Made by a program: the position numbers and the translations under genes. Below are positions 23,599 through 31,218 of a stretch of DNA of 49,153 nucleotides, in pieces. Origin of the DNA: Candidatus Limnocylindrales bacterium (GTDB lineage Bacteria; Chloroflexota; Limnocylindria; Limnocylindrales; CSP1-4); the NCBI GenBank assembly GCA_052038965.1, contig JBQGDI010000111.1, positions 1 through 49,153 of the forward strand, written 5' to 3'. Position 1 is the first letter of the stretch. Each line of letters starts with the position of its first letter. The notes below the pieces were generated by a model that saw only the letters and a program-made list of their open reading frames with translations, was not told where the DNA came from and searched no databases.

Positions 23599-24540
23599 TT
23601 ACTGCGGGATCAGGCCCCCGCCGAAGGCTTCCATGAGGGAGCCGAGCATCTCCATCAGGGGCACGACCTCGGCGTCGGCGGGCTTGTCGAAGGTCACACC
23701 CGCATCCGGGTCACGGAGGTTGATCGTGATGTCAGCCTTCTCGTTGGCGTCGGTCTTCGAGACGGCGTGGATGTCGATGCCGATGAGCCGGCTGTTGCCC
23801 GTGTCGAACCACAGGTCGCCGGTGAGCGTGGCGTCATCGGCGTCGATGTCCGGCTTGCTCGAGCCCATGTTCTTGAAGTAGTCGCTTTCGACGAGCTTGG
23901 CGACGTCGACGGCGGCGGTCACGTGCTCAGCGTCGACGTTCCCACGCTTGGCAGTCCCCGCGTGGGTCAGCGTGATGCCCATCTCCTCGAGGGTCGACTT
24001 GATCGTGGCCGCATCCGCGGCCGAGGGGATCGGGAGGTCGTCGGGGATGCCCGCACCACCGCCGACGAGCGCGCCCAGCGACTCGATGTCGGCCTTCGAC
24101 AGCAGCTGGAGCCAGCCGGTCGGGTTGGCCGGTGGGGTCTCGCCGCTCTGGATCAGCATCAGCGACAGGAACGAGCCGAGCGGGCTCTTCGCGTACAGCG
24201 CCTCCCCGTCGAAGATCACATCGAGCTCGAGGTTCGGCCCGATGATGCCGAGGGCGGTCAGCTGTGTCGCTGCCTCCTCGCCCAGCGCCGCGATCGGCAG
24301 GGCGATGTGGACGTTCGCCTTGCCGGCCTTCGAATCGACGGCGAAGCGCATGGCGCTGGGGTCGATCGAGATCGCGTCCTCGCCGGAGACGGTGACCCCA
24401 ACCTCGACCTGGACCTTGTCCCAGGTCGCCGCCTGCGACTTGCGGACCAGCTCATAGGGATCGGACGTCGTCGGCGCCGCGCCGCCACAGGCAGCCACGA
24501 CGGCCGCAAGCGCGACGACGAGCACCAGGAACTTGCGCAT
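23599..24540 (-). CDS. Putative lipoprotein (313 aa)
   Basis: ATG 24540 is preceded by GGGAGG. The signal peptide with lipobox is 'MRKFLVLVVALAAVVAAC|GG'. The mature part is beta-rich, possibly a LolA/LppX-like fold, but this is not verified. Confidence 0.7.
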   Translation of the reverse strand: MRKFLVLVVALAAVVAACGGAAPTTSDPYELVRKSQAATWDKVQVEVGVTVSGEDAISIDPSAMRFAVDSKAGKANVHIALPIAALGEEAATQLTALGIIGPNLELDVIFDGEALYAKSPLGSFLSLMLIQSGETPPANPTGWLQLLSKADIESLGALVGGGAGIPDDLPIPSAADAATIKSTLEEMGITLTHAGTAKRGNVDAEHVTAAVDVAKLVESDYFKNMGSSKPDIDADDATLTGDLWFDTGNSRLIGIDIHAVSKTDANEKADITINLRDPDAGVTFDKPADAEVVPLMEMLGSLMEAFGGGLIPQ

Positions 24541-24832
24541 GTCGTTGTTGCCTCCCATGGGGGCCCGCGGCGCACCCCGCCGCCGGTCCACCCGCTCTGT
24601 GCTCCGGCGATGGTAGGCGCTCCGTCCGCCGACGTCGCTAGTCCATTCGGCACACGCCGGCCGTCCGCCCTGCTCGGCCCCATGGCCCCGACGAGTGGCC
24701 TGGTCTAGCCAGCCCTCCCGCGCGATTCGCCACGAGATCTGGGCTCCAGCCCGATGCCCTCCTGCCCGCCTTAGCCCGACGGTCGGGAGCAGCCGGCGGT
24801 TTGCCGGGCCCCCCGAACCGAGGGAGCTGGAC

Positions 24833-25345
24833 ATGCTGGGATCGCAGTTGGTGGCGATCGAATCGGCGTTCGGCGAGCATCGCCTGCCGCTGGAGCGACG
24901 CCTGACGCTCCTGACCCGCGACCCGGAGGCCGCCCAGGACCTGGCGCAGGAGGCGTTCCTGCGACTTGCACGCGAGGTCGCCGCCGATCGAGCCCCCGAT
25001 GACATCGCCGCCTGGCTCCACCGGGTTGGCTCGAACCTGGTCATGAGCCGGGGCCGTCACCTCCAGGTCGTTGATCGCCGAGCCGGCGAGCTGCCACGGC
25101 CCGCCGAGCCTCCGACGCCGGAGCACGAGGTGCTCCGGGGTGAGCTCCACTCGGCAGTGCGACGCCTGATGGCCCGACTGACCACCACGGAGCGGGATGC
25201 GCTGCTGCTGGCGGCCGAGGGCTATCGCGGGACCGAGATCGCGGCCTCGCTGGGACGCACCCCCGGGGCGACGCGGACGTTGCTGTGCCGGACGCGGGCC
25301 AAGCTCCGCGAGCAACTCGTGCAACTGGGCTACTCGCCGGCCTGA
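24833..25345 (+). CDS. ECF-type sigma-70 family RNA polymerase sigma factor
   Basis: ATG 24833 is preceded by GAGGGAG. Region 2 is 'DLAQEAFLRLAREV...WLHRVGSNL'. Region 4 HTH is 'ERDALLLAAEGYRGTEIAASLGRTPGATRTLLCRTRAKL'. Confidence 0.8.
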   Translation: MLGSQLVAIESAFGEHRLPLERRLTLLTRDPEAAQDLAQEAFLRLAREVAADRAPDDIAAWLHRVGSNLVMSRGRHLQVVDRRAGELPRPAEPPTPEHEVLRGELHSAVRRLMARLTTTERDALLLAAEGYRGTEIAASLGRTPGATRTLLCRTRAKLREQLVQLGYSPA

Positions 25346-25428
25346 CACGCGCTGCGGGGCGGCGGTTGTACCCGCCGGGGACGGTGGTGAGACCCGCGCG
25401 GCAGGTTGCGAGGCTGGGATTCGGGGCG

Positions 25429-25436
25429 GGTATGAT
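25429..25436 (+). promoter_or_regulatory. Candidate extended -10 box (GGTATGAT) 9 nt upstream of GTG 25446
   Basis: GNTANNNT with no SD. It supports GTG 25446/25449 as the start of the LuxR-family regulator. Confidence 0.4.
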
Positions 25437-25445
25437 CGCCGCGCC

Positions 25446-28400
25446 GTGGTGGAGGGACTTCGCCGGCGCGCGTTCATCGGGCGGGGGGCGGAGCTCGCGC
25501 GCCTGCGGGCAGCCCTCGAAGCGACGGTCGCTGAGCGGTCCGGACGGACCGTCGTGGTCGGCGGCGAGGCGGGCATCGGCAAGAGTCGCCTGATCGAGCA
25601 GTTCGCGACCGAGGCCGGGACCGCCGCGCGGATCCTCGAGGGCGCGTGCCTGGAGGCGGCCGGCGAGGGCCTGCCGTACGGCCCCTTCGCGGAGGTCCTC
25701 CGCGAGCTCGTCCGCGCGACCCCGGCGGAGCGACTGCCCGCCGTCCTGGGACCAGCCCGATCGGAGCTGACCCGCTTGTTGCCCGAGCTGGCGACGCGAG
25801 CGGCGGATCTCCGCCCGGCAGCATCCGCCGAGCCGGACCGCGCCTCCCAGGCCCGCTTGTTCGAGCTCATCCTCGGGGTGCTCGAGCGGCTCGCCGCGGA
25901 GCGACCCGTCGTGCTGATCGTCGAGGACGTTCACTGGGCCGATCGCTCGACCCGCGAGCTGCTGGGATTCCTGTCGCGCGCGCTTCGTGACGAGCCGGCA
26001 CTGATCGTCCTGACGACCCGGACCGACGCGTCCGGCACGGCGGTCGGCAACCTCGGCTTCCTTGCCGAGCTCGAGCGCGAGGAGCACGTCGAGCGACTCG
26101 AGCTTCGCCCGTTCGACCGCGACGAGGTGGCGGAGCAGGCGGCCGCGCTGCTGGGCGAGCCGCCGGGTCCCGGGGACATCGACCGGCTGTTCGTTCGAAC
26201 GGACGGCAACCCCTTCTACGTCGAGGAGCTGATCCTCGCCGCCGAGACGGGGACGGGCCTGCCACCCGTCCTGCGGGATGTCCTGGCCGCTCGGGTCACG
26301 AATCTTTCGGCCGGCGCGCGCGAGGTGCTCCGGGCGGCGGCTGCGGCGGGCCGGCGGATCGACGACGAGCTGCTGGCCGGGGTCCTGGGAATGAGCCCCC
26401 GCGACCTGGCGGCGGCCCTCCGGGAGGCCTTCGACAGCGGGATCCTCCTCCGCCAGGAGACGCCGGATGGCCCGGCCTCGGCATTCCGCCACGCGCTGCT
26501 GCTCGAGGCCGTCGCCGACGAGCTGTTCCCCGGCGAGCGGGTCGCGCTGCACGCCGCGTTCGCTCGCGCGCTGGAGGCCAGGCTCGCGTCGGGGGATGGG
26601 CGGGTGTCCGCCGCCGAGATCGCTCGCCACTGGGACGGCGCTCGAGAGCCGTCGCGAGCGCTGCCCTTCACGCTCCGTGCCGCGACGGCCGCCGAGGCGG
26701 CGTATGCGTTCCCCGAGGCCCTCCGGCTGTGGGAGCGGGCCGCGGCCATGCTCGAGGCCGGGGCGGGTGAGGCCCATGGCGACGCCGCGCTCCAGGCCAT
26801 CGAGGCCGGTGCCGTGCTCGGTGGCGGAGTTGGCTACGGGCCCCGCGACCTGGCCGAGGTGCTGATCCAGGCGGCTGACTGTGCGGTCGTGACGGGCGAC
26901 CCGCGACGTGCCGTCGAGCACGCCAACCGGGCGCTGATCCACCTCTACCCCACGGGCGATCGGGAGCGCATCCTGACCCTCGAGAACCGGCTCCGCTGGT
27001 ACCTGTGGTGGGCCGGCGACCGCGCGGCGGCAACCGCGGCGGTCGAGCGCGCACTCGAGGCGATCCCGGCGGCCCCGCCATCGCTGGAGCGGGCCCGGGC
27101 TCTCGCCCAGCGGGCCGGGATCCTGATGTTCGCCGGCGACTACGAGGGCTCGCGCGCCCTTGCATCGGAGGCGATCGAGATCGCGACCCGGCTCGATGCC
27201 CTGGGCGAGATCGCGCTCGCCTATGGCGTCCTCGGCTGGGACGTCGCCCTCCTCGGCGACGTCGACGGTGGGATCGAGACCTTCCGGCGCGGCCTGGCGA
27301 TCGGCGAGGCGCTGGGCTCGGTCGAGGGCGTCGCGATCGCGGTCACGAACCTGCCGGCCCTCCTGGACCGCGTCGGTCGGAGCGAGGATGCCCTGCGGAC
27401 CGCGCGGGAGGGCTATGCCGTCGTCGAGCGCCTCGGTATCGCCCGGACGTACGGCGGGTTGCTGCTCGGATATGCGGCCAAGGCCGAGCTGGCGCTTGGT
27501 CGCTGGGACGATGCGGAGCGATCCACGTCGCTCGGACTGCGGCGCGGAGCGGTCGACCGGGCCGCCATCTGGCTGCAGGTCAACCGCGCCCGGCTGCTCA
27601 CCGGCCGTGGGCGGTTCGCCGAGGCTGCGGTGCTGCTCCGGCGGGCCCGCGCGACCGATGCGCGGCTCGGTGGGACGGAGTTCCACACGGCGATCCTCGC
27701 CGCCGAGGCCGAGCTGGCCGCGTGGGCGGGCCGGCCGGCCGAGGTGGTCGCCGCCGCGGCGGAGGGCCTCGAAGCGCTCGGCGACATGGCCGCGCCCGAC
27801 CCGTCGCTGGCGTGGCTCGCCGCGCTCCTCCTCCGGGCCGTGGCGGACGCCAAGCCCGGGCCACTGCCCGAGGTCGTCGGCCGCGTCCGGGCCGCCGTCC
27901 GTGCCGCTGCAACTCGGCCGGGCTTCGCGGCAGGACCACGAGCCGGGGCGCTCATTGCCCTGATCGCTGCCGAGGAGGCACGCGCCACCGGACCGGAGGA
28001 CCCGGACGCCTGGCGGGGTGTCGCGGAGCAATGGGCGGCGATGCGCCGGCCGTTCCCGGAAGCGTACGCCCGCTACCGCGAGGCCGAGGCGATCTTGGCC
28101 TCTCGGGGCGCCCGTGACGCCGCGGTGGCCGCGCTCGGGCGCGCCGCGGAGATCGCCAGCCGGCTCGAGGCGGCGCCGCTCGCCGGGCTGGTGGCGCGCC
28201 TGGCGCTCCAGGCGCGGATCACGCTCCCGGGCGGCGGGTCGGATCCATCGCCGGCCGTCGGCGGCGACCCGTACGGCTTCACGGCCCGCGAGGGCGAGGT
28301 CCTGCGGCTCGTCGTCGGGGGATGGACCAACCAGCAGATCGCGGACGCGCTGTTCATCACCCGCAAGACCGCCAGCGTCCACGTCTCGAACATCCTCGCC

Positions 28401-28496
28401 AAGCTCGGCGCGGAGAACCGCGGCGAAGCCGCGGCGATGGCCCACCGGCTCGGGCTCGTGCCACAGGCGGAGGTGCCGGCGCCACCGCCTCGGTGA
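25446..28496 (+). CDS. Large ATP-binding LuxR-family (LAL-type) transcriptional regulator
   Basis: It has an N-terminal AAA/Walker A 'VVVGGEAGIGKSRLIEQF', a long helical/TPR-like middle region, and a C-terminal LuxR HTH 'FTAREGEVLRLVVGGWTNQQIADALFITRKTASVHVSNILAKLG'. The start was set after the sigma-gene stop. Confidence 0.85.
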   Translation: MVEGLRRRAFIGRGAELARLRAALEATVAERSGRTVVVGGEAGIGKSRLIEQFATEAGTAARILEGACLEAAGEGLPYGPFAEVLRELVRATPAERLPAVLGPARSELTRLLPELATRAADLRPAASAEPDRASQARLFELILGVLERLAAERPVVLIVEDVHWADRSTRELLGFLSRALRDEPALIVLTTRTDASGTAVGNLGFLAELEREEHVERLELRPFDRDEVAEQAAALLGEPPGPGDIDRLFVRTDGNPFYVEELILAAETGTGLPPVLRDVLAARVTNLSAGAREVLRAAAAAGRRIDDELLAGVLGMSPRDLAAALREAFDSGILLRQETPDGPASAFRHALLLEAVADELFPGERVALHAAFARALEARLASGDGRVSAAEIARHWDGAREPSRALPFTLRAATAAEAAYAFPEALRLWERAAAMLEAGAGEAHGDAALQAIEAGAVLGGGVGYGPRDLAEVLIQAADCAVVTGDPRRAVEHANRALIHLYPTGDRERILTLENRLRWYLWWAGDRAAATAAVERALEAIPAAPPSLERARALAQRAGILMFAGDYEGSRALASEAIEIATRLDALGEIALAYGVLGWDVALLGDVDGGIETFRRGLAIGEALGSVEGVAIAVTNLPALLDRVGRSEDALRTAREGYAVVERLGIARTYGGLLLGYAAKAELALGRWDDAERSTSLGLRRGAVDRAAIWLQVNRARLLTGRGRFAEAAVLLRRARATDARLGGTEFHTAILAAEAELAAWAGRPAEVVAAAAEGLEALGDMAAPDPSLAWLAALLLRAVADAKPGPLPEVVGRVRAAVRAAATRPGFAAGPRAGALIALIAAEEARATGPEDPDAWRGVAEQWAAMRRPFPEAYARYREAEAILASRGARDAAVAALGRAAEIASRLEAAPLAGLVARLALQARITLPGGGSDPSPAVGGDPYGFTAREGEVLRLVVGGWTNQQIADALFITRKTASVHVSNILAKLGAENRGEAAAMAHRLGLVPQAEVPAPPPR

Positions 28497-28505
28497 CCCG
28501 GGCGG

Positions 28506-29783
28506 TCAGCCGCCGCCCCGCCCCTTGCCCTTGCCGTTGCCGCCCTTGCCCTTGCCGTTGTCCTTGCCGCCTCGACGATCGCCGCCGGCGCCGCCCGCCT
28601 CATCGTCGCCTCGATCCACCTCCTCGGCGGTGGCCGCGCTCGCGCTCGGGATCGCCGACTCGGCGGGGATGGTCGCCCCCGCCCCGCCAAAGCCGGACAG
28701 GATCGCGAGGGTCGCGGTACCCGCCAGTACGAGGGCCAGGACGCCAACGGGGAGCGCCGCGCGCCGCCAGGGTCGGGACCGGGCGGGGGTCGACGCGACG
28801 CCGGGCACCGCCAGCACCACCGTGGGATCGGCGCCTCCTCCCGCCTCCGGTGCGAGCGCGACCGACGGGAACGAGGCGATGCCCGCTACCCCGGAGGCCG
28901 TCTCGCCCCCGAGCGCCAGCGCCACGGCCCGCGCCGACGCCGGCCGCGCTGCCGGATCCTCCGACAGCATCCGCTCGATGAGGGTTCGCATCCAGGGTGG
29001 GGCGCCGTCGAGGTCGGGCAGGACGGCGCCGCCGCGCGCCAACAGCTCGGCCGGCGTCGAGGCGCTGAAGACCGGCCGACCGGTGAGCATCTCGGCAAGC
29101 ACCAGCCCGAGGGCGTAGATGTCGGTTCGTGCGTCGACCGCGTCGCCGGCCAGCTGTTCCGGGGCCATGTATCGAAGCGTCCCGACGACCTGGTCCGGAC
29201 CGGTCGTCCGAGCCTCGGCATCGTCGAGCAGGCGCGCGATTCCGAAGTCCAGCAGCCGGGCGTGGTGGTCTTCGGCGAGGACGACGTTGGCGGGCTTCAC
29301 GTCGCGATGGATGACGCCGGCCCGATGCGCGTGATCCAGCGCCGCGGCGAGCTGCGCCCCGATCCGGGCCGTCGCCTCGGGACCGATCGGACCACGACGG
29401 GCGAGGCGCTCGGCAAGCGTTTCGCCTTCGACGTGCTGCAGGACGAGGGCGACCGTGTCGCGGTCCTCGACGACGTCGTAGACGGGCACGATGCCGGGAT
29501 GGGCCAGTCCCGCTGTCGCTCGAGCCTCGGTGGCGAATCGGCGGCGGGATGCCGCGTCCGGGAGGAGATGCCGGTGCAGGACCTTGATCGCGACCCGCCG
29601 TTCGAGGCGTTCGTCCCGGGCTCGCCAGACCTCCGCGCTGGCGCCACCGGCGATCGGCCGCTCGAGCCGGTAGCGGCCGGCCAACCGCACGCCATCGGCG
29701 AGGGCTGACCGCGGCGCGCCGGGGCGCTGGGCTACCGGCTTCGGCGCCCGCCGGCGGGAGGCACGGGTCGACGTCTCGTTCAC
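28506..29783 (-). CDS. Transmembrane Ser/Thr protein kinase (Hanks type) with a short Gly/Lys/Asp-rich extracytoplasmic tail
   Basis: Kinase motifs 'VAIKVL', 'HRDVKPANV', 'DFGIA' and 'GTLRYMAPE'. One TM helix 'LPVGVLALVLAGTATLAILSGF'. The tail is '...GGKDNGKGKGGNGKGKGRGGG'. GTG 29783 was chosen; upstream ORF extensions look non-coding. Confidence 0.85.
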   Translation of the reverse strand: MNETSTRASRRRAPKPVAQRPGAPRSALADGVRLAGRYRLERPIAGGASAEVWRARDERLERRVAIKVLHRHLLPDAASRRRFATEARATAGLAHPGIVPVYDVVEDRDTVALVLQHVEGETLAERLARRGPIGPEATARIGAQLAAALDHAHRAGVIHRDVKPANVVLAEDHHARLLDFGIARLLDDAEARTTGPDQVVGTLRYMAPEQLAGDAVDARTDIYALGLVLAEMLTGRPVFSASTPAELLARGGAVLPDLDGAPPWMRTLIERMLSEDPAARPASARAVALALGGETASGVAGIASFPSVALAPEAGGGADPTVVLAVPGVASTPARSRPWRRAALPVGVLALVLAGTATLAILSGFGGAGATIPAESAIPSASAATAEEVDRGDDEAGGAGGDRRGGKDNGKGKGGNGKGKGRGGG

Positions 29784-29888
29784 GAACCATTCGTACCCCG
29801 CGACCCGCCCGCCACGGACCGGTCGCGCGCCGGAACCGCCTACAGCGCCGTTACAGGGTCGGGACGTCGCAGCCGGCTGCTGACGTCT

Positions 29889-29896
29889 GCTAGGCT
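29889..29896 (+). promoter_or_regulatory. Candidate extended -10 box (GCTAGGCT) for the carAB leader
   Basis: GNTANNNT lies about 125 nt upstream of ATG 30022 and precedes the structured leader. Confidence 0.35.
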
Positions 29897-29915
29897 GGCG
29901 GGCGTCCCTTTCGCA

Positions 29916-30021
29916 CCGGTCCCGAGAGGCCGGCACAGGGCGACCCCGAGAGGGTCGGCAAGGAGGACGATCGAGATTGCTGCCGCCTGACCACCGCCCG
30001 AGCCGGGCCGGTGGTCTTTTC
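29916..30021 (+). promoter_or_regulatory. Structured carAB leader: two PyrR-binding-loop-like hairpins plus a terminator-like hairpin with a U-tract
   Basis: Hairpin 1 is CCGGUC-CCGAGA-GGCCGG (29916-29933) and hairpin 2 is CGACCC-CGAGA-GGGUCG (29941-29957). Both display (U/C)CCCGAGAGG, which resembles the UCCAGAGAGG PyrR box; the second is followed by GCAAGGAGG. A 10-bp GC stem (29991-30014, one bulge, 3-nt loop) is followed by UCUUUUC directly before the ATG. Confidence 0.45.
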
Positions 30022-31218
30022 ATGACGACCGCCGACGCGCCAACGGTCACGCCACCGCCGGCCGCGCCGCGAATCCTTCCACCCCTGCCACGGCCGGAGG
30101 CCGTCGTCGACTCCCGGATCGGCCATGCCGGACCGGCCCTGCTGGCGCTCGAGGACGGCGCGGTCTTTGCGGGGATCGCCTTCGGGGCGCCGGTCGCCGG
30201 CGGCGGCGACCTCGTCGTCAACACCAGCCAGACCGGGTACCAGGAGATCGCGACCGACCCGTCGTACGCCGGCCAGATCGTCGTGATGACCTAGCCGCTG
30301 ATCGGCAACTACGGTCGCTTGGCCGACGGCGACGAGTCGCTCCGGCCGTGGCTGCGCGGTCTCGTCGTCGCGAACGCGACCGCGGCCGTCCTCGACGATG
30401 CCCGGCAGCTTGCCGCGCTCCTCCGCACGAGCGGCATCCCGGCGATTGCGGGCGTCGACACGCGGGCCCTGGCCCGCCATCTGCGGACGCACGGCAGCCT
30501 GCGCGGCATGATCCTCGAGCCGGGTGCGCTCGACCGGCCGGCGGCCCTCGACCGCGCCCGGGCGGTCCCGCGCTGGGAGGACCAGGACTTCGTCGCCCAG
30601 GTCTCGCCGGCGGTGGTAACCGAGATCGGCGACCCGGACGAAGACGGCCCGCTCGTGGCGATCGTCGACTTCGGGCTCAAGGCGAACATCGTCCGAGGCC
30701 TCCGCCGGCGGGGCGCTCGCGTTCGCGTCCTGCCCCACACGGCCACGGCCGAGGACGTGCTGCGCGACGACGTCGCCGGGGTGGTCTTGTCGCCCGGCCC
30801 GGGCGATCCAGCCCGACTCCGGGGCCCCGTCGCCCTCGCTCGCCAGGTCATCGCGGCGGGCCGGCCGTTGCTCGGCATCTGCCTGGGCCACCAGATCGTC
30901 GGACTGGCCGCCGGAGCCGAGACGACGCGGCTCCGCTTCGGCCACCACGGGGCCAATCACCCGGTCCGCGACGTCGACACCGGCTTCGTGCAGGTGACGG
31001 CCCAGAACCACGAGGTCCAGGTGGTCGGCGATTCGATCCCCGCGGGCAGCGGTTTTCGGGTCAGCCAGGTCAACCTCAACGACGGCTCCGTCGAGGGCCT
31101 CCGCCACGAGCGCCTGCCGATCGAGACCGTCCAGTACCACCCCGAGGGTGCACCCGGGCCGCTCGACGCCCTCGCCGTGTTCGACCGGTTCGTGGCCGGG
31201 TGCAGGGCCGGCGCGTGA
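30022..31218 (+). pseudogene. carA: Carbamoyl-phosphate synthase small (glutaminase) subunit, interrupted by one in-frame TAG at 30292-30294
   Basis: ORFs 29977..30294 and 30319..31218 share one frame and together give a full CarA: 'ALLALEDG', '[27 protein letters not shown]', GATase 'LGICLGHQ', 'HHGANHPV', 'QYHPEGAPGP'. The TAG replaces the conserved Tyr of the T-Y-P-x-I-G-N motif. The start is ATG 30022 or TTG 29977. The stop overlaps the carB GTG. Confidence 0.8.

Noticed and set aside
29977-30021. A separate leader peptide ORF starting at TTG 29977 behind the AAGGAGG site.
   Set aside because: This TTG is in frame with carA and has no stop before ATG 30022, so it cannot be an independent leader peptide. 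I kept it only as an alternative carA start.
30292-30294. TAG recoding or reassignment as an explanation for the in-frame amber codon in carA.
   Set aside because: TAG terminates several well-delimited genes in this same window (2531, 4648, 9930, 13826, 41753), so a genome-wide reassignment is not supported. A point mutation or sequencing error is more parsimonious.
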